The notes: generated by a model from the letters alone, not told the origin. Shown: positions 47,990-57,760, counted from the first letter of the stretch. The stretch is 64,000 bases of DNA from Candidatus Nomurabacteria bacterium (GCA_025361085.1 JANYAX010000036.1:7208-71207), one strand, 5' to 3'. Numbers and translations are program-made.

Positions 47990-48430
47990 ATGTCATTAAT
48001 TACAAATATAAAAAATCAAATAAAAATAAAACTTGATGCGTTAGTTACAGCACACACACTTGGAGAGGTTCAAGTAGACGATTTTAAAAATGGATTGTTT
48101 GATAGAGATTATGGCAAATTCCCAGTCGCAATAGTAACGACTCCATCAGTTGAGGGAAGCTATCTAACAAATTGCCAAAATGAAAGATTATATACATACG
48201 AAATAATCGTTATACAGAAAGGTGAAAATGTGACATCACCGACAGAGACAGAAGAGTTAATTGAATCATTACTCGATGCTTTCGATAATGATCCAACCCT
48301 TAATGGAAAAGCTGACGGAGGAGTCGAACCGTCATCATCGACGCCACAAGCGGTGTCATCGAGAGACAAAACATATATTGCTTTCTCGATAATATTAAAA
48401 GCCAAAGCAGTTAAAGACCTAATATATTAA
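47990..48430 (+). CDS. Tail completion/terminator-like protein
   Basis: 146 aa, positional. Confidence 0.3.
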   Translation: MSLITNIKNQIKIKLDALVTAHTLGEVQVDDFKNGLFDRDYGKFPVAIVTTPSVEGSYLTNCQNERLYTYEIIVIQKGENVTSPTETEELIESLLDAFDNDPTLNGKADGGVEPSSSTPQAVSSRDKTYIAFSIILKAKAVKDLIY

Positions 48431-48638
48431 ATATTTATGATAGAAAAATCAACAAATAAATCAATGGGCGATAAAAAAGAACTTAAAACAAAAGAGGAAT
48501 ATCACTTCGCAGGTGGAACAGAATACAAACCAATCACTATCGAAGCAGAGAGCAAGGAAGAAGCAGAAAAAATTTACAAAGAAAAAAGAGAAAAAGTCGC
48601 TTAATAAAATTATTAATAATTAAATTTAAAAAAATAAC

Positions 48639-49625
48639 ATGAGTAAAGGAATTGGAAGATTAATGAGTGCAGGGATAGCAAAAGAAAGTGTTCGTGGAAC
48701 TGCAGAAACAGCCGCAACATTTTATATCCCATTTAGTGAAGCAAACTTTATACCTAAAGACGACAAAATAACTGATGAGCAGTCATATGGAGTTATTGAA
48801 GATAGTATCGCACAGTCAATCGTAAAAGAATGGTCCGAGATTGAACTAGGTGCACCGTTAACAGATAAAAGTTTTGGTTTGATATTACTCGCAGCTCTTG
48901 GATCAGTAAATACAGCATCAAATCCAGATGCAGGTGGTAACGTAAAAGACCATACATTTACAGTTTCTCAGTCATCACAGCATCAATCTTTGACAATGTT
49001 CTTGGATGATCCAATTGGTGCAGCAGACTACAAATTCGCTCTTGGAGCATTGAGTAGTCTTGAAATTAGTTATGAACTAGGTAAATACGTGACATATAAG
49101 GCAAAGTTTATGGCAAAAAAAGGAGCAAGTGCAACCCTTACTCCATCAACAACAGTCGAAAATCGTTTCTTACCTCAAAACCTTACATTCAAACTTGCTA
49201 CAAATCTAGCAGGCTTAACAGCTGCAAGTGCAGTCGCTATAAAAAAAGTCAATATCACTATTGAAAAGAATTTGGAATCAGATGATGTCTTGGGTTCAAC
49301 AACTCCTGCAGACTTCTTAAATAAACAATTCTCAATCAAAGGATCACTTGAAGCGATCTGGCAAAACGAAGCAGACTTTAAAACTGCAGCTTTAGCAGGT
49401 ACAGCTCAAGCAATGAGAATTGATTTAATAAGTGCAGTAACAATCGGAACAGCTGCACATCCACAGATTACGATAGATCTTGCAAAGATAATATTTAGTG
49501 ATCACTCTGACCCAATCAAACTAAACAACATCATGACTCAGACATTATCATTTAAGGCTTTATATAGCACAACTGATTCAAAATTAGTAACAATCAAGTT
49601 AACTAACCTACAAACTTCATATTAA
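48639..49625 (+). CDS. Major tail protein
   Basis: 328 aa immediately upstream of chaperone and tape measure. Confidence 0.5.
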   Translation: MSKGIGRLMSAGIAKESVRGTAETAATFYIPFSEANFIPKDDKITDEQSYGVIEDSIAQSIVKEWSEIELGAPLTDKSFGLILLAALGSVNTASNPDAGGNVKDHTFTVSQSSQHQSLTMFLDDPIGAADYKFALGALSSLEISYELGKYVTYKAKFMAKKGASATLTPSTTVENRFLPQNLTFKLATNLAGLTAASAVAIKKVNITIEKNLESDDVLGSTTPADFLNKQFSIKGSLEAIWQNEADFKTAALAGTAQAMRIDLISAVTIGTAAHPQITIDLAKIIFSDHSDPIKLNNIMTQTLSFKALYSTTDSKLVTIKLTNLQTSY

Positions 49626-49629
49626 TTTT

Positions 49630-49929
49630 ATGGAAAGACCAACAATAAATTTTTCTCTTCCTTTTACAAAAAAGGAAATCATATGCAAAGAATGGCTAAC
49701 AGGTAGAGAGTATGAGAATACTCAAGAGCCATTTTATCAAAATTATAAAACTGGCCAAGAAAATAGGATAGATGTAAAAGGACTAACTCACAAGATGTTG
49801 GAATCTTACATCGTATCTATCGATGGAAAGACGGAAAATATTGTCGATACGATTATAGATCTACCATTCCCAGATTATGATTTCATCATTCAAAAGATAA
49901 ACGAGATTAAAAAAAAAGAATTGATATAG
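49630..49929 (+). CDS. Tail assembly chaperone (G-like); -1 frameshift at A9 run 49903..49911 predicted to extend into 49934..50063 (GT-like product)
   Basis: 99 aa ORF ending just past an A9 slippery run; the -1 frame continues for about 48 more codons to 50063, immediately before tape measure. Confidence 0.5.
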   Translation: MERPTINFSLPFTKKEIICKEWLTGREYENTQEPFYQNYKTGQENRIDVKGLTHKMLESYIVSIDGKTENIVDTIIDLPFPDYDFIIQKINEIKKKELI

Positions 49930-50075
49930 ATGACATGACGGTTGTGTGCATAAAAATGGGATGGGATTATTTCACTTTTATGGCACAACCTACATGGTTC
50001 GTTGACCAAATCATCCTCTACTATCAAAAAGAGTACGAAGAAATTAAAAAAGCAAATAGATAAACATATATCATC

Positions 50076-52211
50076 ATGGCACAAGACCTAGAAATTGTAA
50101 TAAAAGCAGTCAATCAATCTAAGGCACAGATTGATGAAGTTACGCGTGGTCTTGATGGAGTAAAATCATCAATGGATAAAGTGAAAGCTTCTTCCGAATC
50201 TCAAGCAACATCAGTTTTCAAAGGTGCTGCCATGTATGATGTATTAAGGCAATCACTTGATGCAGTTGTCGGATTTTTTAAAGAATCAATAACATCTAGT
50301 CTAGAGGCAGACAGAATAATGACTCAAGTTGCAACCAACGTAAAAAACGCTGGATTTTCTTATTCTGAATTAAGTCCAAAAATTGAAGAAGCAAGCAAGA
50401 GGGCTAAACAACTAGGATTCGATGATGAAGATTCTGCTCAAAGTCTTTCAAAACTTCTCCTCGTTACTAAAGATTTTAGCCAAGCACAAGCATTAAATAA
50501 CTTGGCTATGGATCTTGCTCGTAATAAAAATATCGACTTAGATAGTGCGACAAAAATGGTAACACTTGCTACTCAAGGAAATGTTAAAGAACTAAAACTT
50601 CTAGGTATAAATTTGAGCGAAAATGCATCAACTGCAGAGAATATGATAAGCATGCAGAATCAACTAGCAGACTCTGCAACAAACTATTCTAATACAACAG
50701 GCGGACATCTTAAAACAATGGAAATCGCTTGGGATGATTTAAAGAAAAAAATCGGAAACGAGATGATGCCAGAGATGGAAAAAATGTTTAGTCTTATTCT
50801 TGAAAATCAATCAACAATCGAAGCCCTCGCAAATGGTCTTATCTTTTTAGGCAAGAGTGTTGCATATGTAGCAAAAGGATTTGTTGATTTTGGAAAAATA
50901 TTTGCTACTGGTATAAGCTCGGTCGCAGAAAAAGCAACATCTGACTTAAGTACAGTAACATGGGCATTAAATAAAATAGGTCTAGCAAGTGATGATGCTG
51001 TAAAGAAAAATGATGCTCTTGCTCAATCGTGGAAAGATACCACAAAAGAATTAGTGGCTGACACTATGGGAGATAATGAACCTACTCTGGTAAAGGCAAC
51101 TAAACAATCAACAACCGCCTTGAAAGATTTGAGAGATACATCATCTAAGTCGTTGGCGGCTATAAAAAATGCAGCTGATGATCTTCTTAAACTTAAAGAT
51201 TCTGTTGCAAGTGCAAAGCAAGGATATAAAGATTTCAATGCCTCAGTAAATGAAACACTTACAGGGTTAGAAGATAGCCATAGGTCAACTATGGAGACTC
51301 TAAGTAATGATATAAAAAAGGTCAAAGCCAGTATGCAAGATCTTTCTTCAACATATCAGAAAAGTGTCGCTGATATAAATAATTCGTTTAATAGTGTCAG
51401 AGTATCAGATGATAAAAGTATGGCCGAGAAAATAGTGGCCAACGAAGACAAGATAGCAGAACTCCAAAAAGAAAAAGCTGCAGGAGTAACTGCTGACAGA
51501 TTAGCAATACTTCAAAAAGAGTTAGATGGAAGAATGTTGGCAGAAACACAAAATGCTGATTTCATAGCACAATTTGCAACACAAATTGCAGATGTAAAAA
51601 GATTTAATGGTCTTAGTGAATTACAACAAGAGATAGAAAACTATAATCAAAAGAGAGCATTAGCACAGCAAGATTTAAACGAAAAATTATCAAATCTTGC
51701 AATAGAATACAACGCAAAACAAAATGCATTAAAACAAGAACTAGCAGACATAAAGCAGAAACAAAAAGATGAGGATGCTATATATGCAGACAGAAAAGTA
51801 TTTATTTTATCTGAACAAGCAAAGGCATTAGAAGTCAATAAAGCTTTTGCGGCCGCAAATCTAAAAGTAACCGCAGCACAAGTCAAATCAGAGATAGATT
51901 ATTATAACCAACTTGCATCAGCTATTAAGGCTTCAAGAAGTGGGGGACAAAGTAGTTTTTCAAATATTAAAGACAGTGTTAACTCTATTACAGTATCTAT
52001 ACCAAAGTTAGCATCCGGTGGGATTGTAGATAGACCAACACTAGCAATGATCGGAGAAGCAGGGCCAGAGGCAGTCGTACCACTTGGAAAAGGTGGCGGA
52101 TTTGGAGGTGTCACTGTGATTATAAATGGAGGAAATTTCTTGTCAGAGGATGTCGCCACTGATATAGGAGACTTAATCTTTAAAAAATTAAAGCTTTCTA
52201 ATCAATTATGA
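50076..52211 (+). CDS. Tail tape measure protein
   Basis: 711 aa, highly alpha-helical, Ala/Gln/Lys-rich with glycine-rich C-terminus; follows the chaperone pair. Confidence 0.8.
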   Translation: MAQDLEIVIKAVNQSKAQIDEVTRGLDGVKSSMDKVKASSESQATSVFKGAAMYDVLRQSLDAVVGFFKESITSSLEADRIMTQVATNVKNAGFSYSELSPKIEEASKRAKQLGFDDEDSAQSLSKLLLVTKDFSQAQALNNLAMDLARNKNIDLDSATKMVTLATQGNVKELKLLGINLSENASTAENMISMQNQLADSATNYSNTTGGHLKTMEIAWDDLKKKIGNEMMPEMEKMFSLILENQSTIEALANGLIFLGKSVAYVAKGFVDFGKIFATGISSVAEKATSDLSTVTWALNKIGLASDDAVKKNDALAQSWKDTTKELVADTMGDNEPTLVKATKQSTTALKDLRDTSSKSLAAIKNAADDLLKLKDSVASAKQGYKDFNASVNETLTGLEDSHRSTMETLSNDIKKVKASMQDLSSTYQKSVADINNSFNSVRVSDDKSMAEKIVANEDKIAELQKEKAAGVTADRLAILQKELDGRMLAETQNADFIAQFATQIADVKRFNGLSELQQEIENYNQKRALAQQDLNEKLSNLAIEYNAKQNALKQELADIKQKQKDEDAIYADRKVFILSEQAKALEVNKAFAAANLKVTAAQVKSEIDYYNQLASAIKASRSGGQSSFSNIKDSVNSITVSIPKLASGGIVDRPTLAMIGEAGPEAVVPLGKGGGFGGVTVIINGGNFLSEDVATDIGDLIFKKLKLSNQL

Positions 52212-53626
52212 TCCTTACAATTAACGGCGTAGACAAAACAGCTTACGTCAAAACAAATTCCATAAACAAAACAGACAACCTAAATTCACAGGTTGATAAT
52301 TTAACTTTTCAGATAGATAACTTTGAGTCGACAGTATACAAACCATCTCTTAACGATGAAGTCATCATCACAAATGGAGCAATAAGAATATTCGGAGGGG
52401 TCATTGTAAAAATAGATGAAAAAATCAGTGCATCTCGTGTCATTAATTACACAATCACTTGCAATGACTATTCTCAATATCTTAAAAAAAGCTTGGTAAC
52501 CAAGCGTTTTACTGGTACAACCTTGGTCGCATTGATTCAATACCTTGTCACAAACTACACGACTGGATTCACTTGTGTAAATATAGCCGGAGATATTACA
52601 GTCACATCCTTTGCTTTTAATCGATTGAATGTCGCTGACTGTTTACAAAAACTCGCAGATGCAATCTCATATGTTTGGTATGTGGACTATAACAAAGACA
52701 TTCACTTCTTCCCACAAAATACAGAATCAGCACCATTTAATTTAAGCGACACATCAAACAATTTTATAACTGATTCACTAACAATAAGTGAAGATCTAAC
52801 ACAAATAAGAAATTCAATTCTAGTGCAAGGTGGGAATGCAATTAGTGCAGCACCAATCACAGAATATATCATCACTGATGGACTAAACAAATCATATCCT
52901 CTTGTGAATAAATTTTCTGATATACCTACAATTATTTTGAATGGAGTCACTCAGGTAGTGGGAGCAGAAAACGTCGAACAAGATTCCGGTCACGATGTGA
53001 TGTGGAACTATACATCAAAATCAATCCGTTTTATTTCATTACCTGCAGGGAGTCTCCAAGTTTCAATTGCAGGATTATATGAATATCCAATTTTGGTCAA
53101 TATTAAAAATCCTTTATCTGTCGGACAATTTGGTAAATATGAATTTGCTATCACTGACAAATCAATAACATCTTCAAATGAGGCCATCGAAAGAGCAAAA
53201 GCAGAACTCAAATCATACCAAAATCAGATATATGACGGCTCATTCAGAACATACACAGATGGACTCCGTTCGGGGATGGTTATAAATATTAACTCTACAA
53301 AAAGAAATAGAAATATAAATGTTTTGATCCAAGCTGTTACTACAACAATGAGAGATCCAACCGGAACAAAGTTTGAATACGCAATAAAATACGCAACATT
53401 AAAATCAATAGGAATCATTCAATACTTGCAGGACCAATTAAGAGATAGAGAAATAATCGCAGATGCAAGTCAGTCACTACTCAACTACATCGAACTTCCA
53501 TCAGATAGTCTCAGTGTAAGCGATAACATGGCCACACCAACAAAAACGAGTGGACCATACAAATGGTCAAATGACGCAGGGTCGACAGTGAACAAATTAA
53601 AGTGGGGGTTGGGAACATGGGCATAA
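52208..53626 (+). CDS. Distal tail / baseplate protein
   Basis: 472 aa overlapping tape measure stop; positional. Confidence 0.45.
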   Translation: MILTINGVDKTAYVKTNSINKTDNLNSQVDNLTFQIDNFESTVYKPSLNDEVIITNGAIRIFGGVIVKIDEKISASRVINYTITCNDYSQYLKKSLVTKRFTGTTLVALIQYLVTNYTTGFTCVNIAGDITVTSFAFNRLNVADCLQKLADAISYVWYVDYNKDIHFFPQNTESAPFNLSDTSNNFITDSLTISEDLTQIRNSILVQGGNAISAAPITEYIITDGLNKSYPLVNKFSDIPTIILNGVTQVVGAENVEQDSGHDVMWNYTSKSIRFISLPAGSLQVSIAGLYEYPILVNIKNPLSVGQFGKYEFAITDKSITSSNEAIERAKAELKSYQNQIYDGSFRTYTDGLRSGMVININSTKRNRNINVLIQAVTTTMRDPTGTKFEYAIKYATLKSIGIIQYLQDQLRDREIIADASQSLLNYIELPSDSLSVSDNMATPTKTSGPYKWSNDAGSTVNKLKWGLGTWA

Positions 53627-54111
53627 AAAATATGAATAAACAAATTAAAAAAGAAATAGGGAGAGACACGATGGACTTAAAAGGAGTCCTTACAATTACC
53701 AAGTTTAAAGATGGCAAAAAGATAAGTGAAGAAAGTCATCATAATTTAGTGATGAGTGGAGCCACCGGATACGGTAAAAATGTGATTCTTAGAAAACTAT
53801 CAAATGATAATACTTATTCTCAATACATTACGACAATGTCACTTGGAGATGGAACAGCAGCACCAACTGAGGCAGATACTGCACTTGGAAATTCACTTGT
53901 TGCAAATATCCCAATCACTACATGGCAAATATCCGGTAATTCTTTAGTTATGAGTATATTCTGTGCCAGTGCAAATTTAGCCAATGGAACTTATAAAGAA
54001 GCGGGATTCTTTACAAGTGATTCAAGAATTTTCTCGCACATTCTCTTTACTGGTAACTATGTCAAGGCTACTGGGGAGGATACATTATTCACTTATACCT
54101 TAAATATTTAA
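53602..54111 (+). CDS. Tail-associated protein
   Basis: 169 aa. Confidence 0.3.
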   Translation: MGVGNMGIKNMNKQIKKEIGRDTMDLKGVLTITKFKDGKKISEESHHNLVMSGATGYGKNVILRKLSNDNTYSQYITTMSLGDGTAAPTEADTALGNSLVANIPITTWQISGNSLVMSIFCASANLANGTYKEAGFFTSDSRIFSHILFTGNYVKATGEDTLFTYTLNI

Positions 54112-54112
54112 T

Positions 54113-55093
54113 ATGATACAACAAGGACAAGATGCAAAGGCATCGGACTTCATAAATAAAACAACAAAAGATGCAACACCTACAAATAATGTGGGCAAGG
54201 TTCCATTACTTGAGAGTAATGGTTTACTTGATGGAGATTTTTTACCAAACAAAGTAATAAAAAAAGTTTATTCTTTTTCATCAGTTGGAGATTCAACAAC
54301 ATCAATCGATGTGACTGTTCCAGTCGCAGGAACTACTCGTTACACATGGAATGGAACTGGAACAAACCCAAACATCAATGCTTCTACATTCCCAGTTGGA
54401 GCGCAAGTTTCTATATACACACCAAACTTCGCAAACCTCGGTGATAATTTTGTCGGAGTTGTGACAGCAAGTGGAGCAAACTATTTTGAAGTAGCAAACG
54501 GAAGTGGAGTTGCAGAAGCAACAAATACTCTTTCGGACGGATATTTGAAAGTCAATAAAAACGTAATTTGGACTAAAACAGCCGGATTGAAGGCTTGTAT
54601 TGTAAAACTAGTAGGAGGTGGAGCAGGTGGAGCTAGATCAAATACTACCTCAAAAGCGTTTGGCGGAGGTGGAGGGTCATATGCTGAAAAAACATTTTTA
54701 GCGTCAGATTTAAATGCAACTGAAACGATTTCTGTTGGTGCTGGAGGGAAAAGAGGTAACTATTCACCAGTAAGTGATGCAGGTGCTGGTGCAACAAGTA
54801 CATTCAAAAGTATATCGGCTGGAGGTGGTAATTTTGTTGTATATTCGTCGGGTGTACCGGGAACTGGAGGGGTTGCAACTGGTGGAGATATAAATATAAA
54901 TGGCGGTACGTCTTTTCCTGCTAAAGGAACCTCAACTGCAGGTGGAAACTCTTTATTTGGCTTCGGTGCACAAAGTAGGTCAGAAAATGCCGGAAATTAT
55001 GGAGGGGGTGGAGCAGGTAGTGATAATGCTTCAACTGGTGACCAAGGATCACACGGAGGAGATGGAGTAATTATTATTGAAGAATTTTATTAA
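54113..55093 (+). CDS. Glycine-rich tail fiber / receptor-binding protein
   Basis: 326 aa with repeated GGGAGG / GGGGGS / GAGGG runs. Confidence 0.45.
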   Translation: MIQQGQDAKASDFINKTTKDATPTNNVGKVPLLESNGLLDGDFLPNKVIKKVYSFSSVGDSTTSIDVTVPVAGTTRYTWNGTGTNPNINASTFPVGAQVSIYTPNFANLGDNFVGVVTASGANYFEVANGSGVAEATNTLSDGYLKVNKNVIWTKTAGLKACIVKLVGGGAGGARSNTTSKAFGGGGGSYAEKTFLASDLNATETISVGAGGKRGNYSPVSDAGAGATSTFKSISAGGGNFVVYSSGVPGTGGVATGGDININGGTSFPAKGTSTAGGNSLFGFGAQSRSENAGNYGGGGAGSDNASTGDQGSHGGDGVIIIEEFY

Positions 55094-55107
55094 AAAACCA
55101 ATTAATT

Positions 55108-55392
55108 ATGGAGAATCAACAACAAAAAGATCATGACCTACTAATTAAAATAAGCACAGTGCTTGATGGGTTAGTAAATGATGTCAAAGATATTAAAACC
55201 AACACAGTTGGACGTATTGAGGATCTAGAAGTTTCAAGGGCCACAAAAGATGAATTAAAAAATGTTAGTGACAAAGTTGAAAATATAGAAAAAAAACAAG
55301 TTTCAAACGACACATATCTTAAACTTGCTGTCGCTCTTGGAGCATTAATTTTGAGTGTCTTAGTCTGGCACTTAACAGGTTACAAAATATAA
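55108..55392 (+). CDS. XhlA-like coiled-coil membrane protein (lysis-associated)
   Basis: 94 aa; coiled coil followed by single C-terminal TM, as in the PBSX XhlA family; precedes lysin. Confidence 0.4.
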   Translation: MENQQQKDHDLLIKISTVLDGLVNDVKDIKTNTVGRIEDLEVSRATKDELKNVSDKVENIEKKQVSNDTYLKLAVALGALILSVLVWHLTGYKI

Positions 55393-55399
55393 AAAATGT

Positions 55400-56551
55400 A
55401 TGGATACACAATATAAATTAGGAGCAAAAAAAGACCATGACGATTTGAGAAATATTCCTCTTGTTGCGGTACAAGCACCACTTCCAAAAGGATCTATCCC
55501 ATCGAAGTATATGACCGATGTTTCAATGATTCCGATACTCAATCAGAATCAAATCGGTGCATGTGTCGGACACGCAAAAGCAACTGTTCTATGTTATTTA
55601 AACTGGAAAGAGACAGGAAACATCATTTATCTTTCTCCTCGATTCTTGTATGCACTCGCAAAGGCTATCGACAATAATCCAAACGAGGGAACATATCCGG
55701 CTATTGTGGCCAAGATTGCAAAAGATATGGGATGTCCTACAACAAAGACAGTACCAAATGATACGCTTTTATCTCACAAGGACTACATAAATATCACAGT
55801 CACAGATGCAATCAAAGAGGATGCATACCCATTCAGGACTGGAGGATACGCAACTGTGAATGGAGGGATAGCAGACGCTCTTAAAAATGCCATTGTGCAA
55901 AATGGTGTTATTGATGTGACTATCTCAGTTGGAAATTATACAAGTCCAATGAGAAAAGGTACTGATGGACTTCATAGAATCGTCCTTTATGGTTTTGATG
56001 GAGATACTTTTTACTTCATCAATAGTTGGGGAGAATCTTGGGGAGATAAAGGAAAAGGATATTTTTATTTCAAGCAGCAAGAAGTAACAGATGCACTTGC
56101 AACAGTAGATATTCCAAACGAAATATTAAAAAAAGTGCAATCACTTCCTACTGCTGTGCTCACTCGCCAACCATCTACAAAGACAGAGACACTGGGTGAA
56201 ATGGTGGCCACATACAACGGACTATCAAAGACATTTAAAACACTCGAAAGACCAGACTTAGGAAACAAGCCAAACATCTCATGTATTCCAAAAGGAAAAT
56301 ATGTCTGCAAGAGAATCTTCTCATTAAAGTTTTTGGGCTATGTCTATCAATTACAGAACGTCACTGGACGCTCTGGCATTTATATTCATGCCGGTAACTA
56401 TTACAGAGATGTACAAGGATGCATCATCTTGGGTAGTGCTTTCTCTGACATCGATAGAGACGGAAACTTGGATGTGATCAATTCAAAGATCTCATGCAAA
56501 GCGTTGTTTGATTTTTTCAACAATCAATCATTCACGCTCATTATTAAATAG
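55400..56551 (+). CDS. Putative endolysin: papain-like (peptidase C1-like) domain fused to a YkuD (L,D-transpeptidase-fold) C-terminal domain
   Basis: NQIGACVGHA (Cys region), GLHRIVLYGFD (His) and INSWGESWGDKGKGYF (NSWG..WG..GY) papain hallmarks; C-terminal IYIHAGNYYRDVQGCIILG resembles the YkuD H..G....GCI motif. Confidence 0.55.
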   Translation: MDTQYKLGAKKDHDDLRNIPLVAVQAPLPKGSIPSKYMTDVSMIPILNQNQIGACVGHAKATVLCYLNWKETGNIIYLSPRFLYALAKAIDNNPNEGTYPAIVAKIAKDMGCPTTKTVPNDTLLSHKDYINITVTDAIKEDAYPFRTGGYATVNGGIADALKNAIVQNGVIDVTISVGNYTSPMRKGTDGLHRIVLYGFDGDTFYFINSWGESWGDKGKGYFYFKQQEVTDALATVDIPNEILKKVQSLPTAVLTRQPSTKTETLGEMVATYNGLSKTFKTLERPDLGNKPNISCIPKGKYVCKRIFSLKFLGYVYQLQNVTGRSGIYIHAGNYYRDVQGCIILGSAFSDIDRDGNLDVINSKISCKALFDFFNNQSFTLIIK

Positions 56552-56584
56552 GTTCGATTATCAATTTAATACATATAAAAATAT

Positions 56585-56776
56585 ATGAACATCATAAGTA
56601 AATCAGCAAGTAAGTTTGTTTTTGTAACAATGACACTAGCATTAATTGCAGCATTGTTCACAGGTAAAATTTCTGGGGAGCAGTTCATGTCACTAGCAAC
56701 AATGACATTCGCTTTCTATTTTGGGACTCGTGCCAAGAGTGATACACAAGACACGACAACTACGGTGGCGAAGTAA
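56585..56776 (+). CDS. Holin-like 2-TM protein
   Basis: 63 aa, two hydrophobic segments, charged C-terminus; between two cell-wall hydrolases. Confidence 0.4.
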   Translation: MNIISKSASKFVFVTMTLALIAALFTGKISGEQFMSLATMTFAFYFGTRAKSDTQDTTTTVAK

Positions 56777-56810
56777 GCCAACATTTTTGTGGTTTCAAAA
56801 ACCACGCACC

Positions 56811-57302
56811 ATGAAAAAAATATATATAGCAGTCAGCACTTTGTTCATCACAGGAATGATCATCGCATTCTCGGTCCCATCAGTTACTAAAGTTGAAATA
56901 CCATACGACGATAGAGCAGATAGGATTGATTCTTATTTCAAGAGTAAGGGAATGCCACTCGCAGGATACGGTCATGAATTTGTAGAACAAGCGGACAAGA
57001 ACGGAATTGATTGGAGACTATTACCGGCAATATCAATCAAGGAGCAATCCGGTGGTCTACGCAAACCATATAACTGTCCTAACAAGACAATTAATTATAA
57101 CTGGTTTGGATGGGCAAGTGCACGAATATGTTTTCATTCGATAGATGAGGCAATTAAAACAGTCTCGGAAAATCTCGGGGGAAACAATCCAAGAACGCAA
57201 TCATATTATAAAGGTGACACAAGAGAGAAATTGCATTCATACAATGGGACAGTAGATCCAAAGTATCCAAGTGCAGTGATTGAAATTATGGAGAAGTTTT
57301 GA
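56811..57302 (+). CDS. Signal-anchored GH73-like N-acetylglucosaminidase
   Basis: Start trimmed to MKKIYIA; AISIKEQSGG and NYNWFGW resemble the GH73 ESGWG and NYNLFG motifs. Confidence 0.45.
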   Translation: MKKIYIAVSTLFITGMIIAFSVPSVTKVEIPYDDRADRIDSYFKSKGMPLAGYGHEFVEQADKNGIDWRLLPAISIKEQSGGLRKPYNCPNKTINYNWFGWASARICFHSIDEAIKTVSENLGGNNPRTQSYYKGDTREKLHSYNGTVDPKYPSAVIEIMEKF

Positions 57303-57336
57303 AAGCAGGTCCGCGGAAATTACGCGGACCAATATC

Positions 57337-57405
57337 GCGGGTTAGTGTAATGGTCGCACGTTTGGCTCATGCCCAAACGGACTCGGTTCGATTCCGAGGC
57401 CCGCA
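57337..57405 (+). tRNA. tRNA-like element, anticodon CAU (Met/Ile2-type), non-canonical acceptor/D junction; preceded by hairpin GGTCCGCG-gaaatta-CGCGGACC (57308..57330)
   Basis: D-stem GTGT/GCAC, anticodon stem TTTGG/CCAAA with loop CUCAUGC, T-arm CTCGG-TTCGATT-CCGAG, acceptor GCGGG/CCCGC; only one nucleotide between acceptor and D stem. Confidence 0.35.
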
Positions 57406-57439
57406 ACAAGTAATGTTCTTTAAAAGAAAGGAGACCAAT

Positions 57440-57664
57440 ATGGCAAGGAATGATCCGGAACAAGTCACACGCCATCACATCATCCCATCATCTAGGATAC
57501 AAGGAAAACCTATAACTGGGATCTGCAAAGTTAAGCGATGGCTGCATGAACTGTATCACAATCTTTTTGGTAATATGACACCGTACGAAATAGGCCAGTG
57601 GCTCAATGAGACATTTTGGAACTGTGAGTATGAGATCACTATTAGAAGAAAGAGAAATTTTTAA
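57440..57664 (+). CDS. Small His-rich protein (possible His-Me finger/HNH-like)
   Basis: 74 aa; strong RBS AAAGGAG 7 nt upstream; RHHIIP..WLHELYH pattern; track ORF 57299.. trimmed because its 5' part is the tRNA-like element. Confidence 0.35.
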   Translation: MARNDPEQVTRHHIIPSSRIQGKPITGICKVKRWLHELYHNLFGNMTPYEIGQWLNETFWNCEYEITIRRKRNF

Positions 57665-57760
57665 AAGGGGACTTCGGTCTCCTTTTTCTTATGCACTAGA
57701 CAAAATAACAATATTGCTTTATAATTTCGCTATTAATATATTCAACTAATATTTCAATTT

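Noticed and set aside
49890-50084. Minus-strand 64-aa ORF between the chaperone and tape measure genes
   Set aside because: This region is explained by the -1 frameshift extension of the + strand chaperone; the antisense ORF is spurious.
51280-51300. CCATAGGTCAACTATGG inside the tape measure gene resembling the scpA/scpB palindrome
   Set aside because: Single imperfect occurrence within coding sequence of an unrelated phage gene; likely coincidence.
57299-57664. 121-aa ORF as a single CDS
   Set aside because: Its first 47 codons coincide with a hairpin plus tRNA-like cloverleaf. An internal Met at 57440 has a strong RBS, so it was split into tRNA-like element plus 74-aa CDS.
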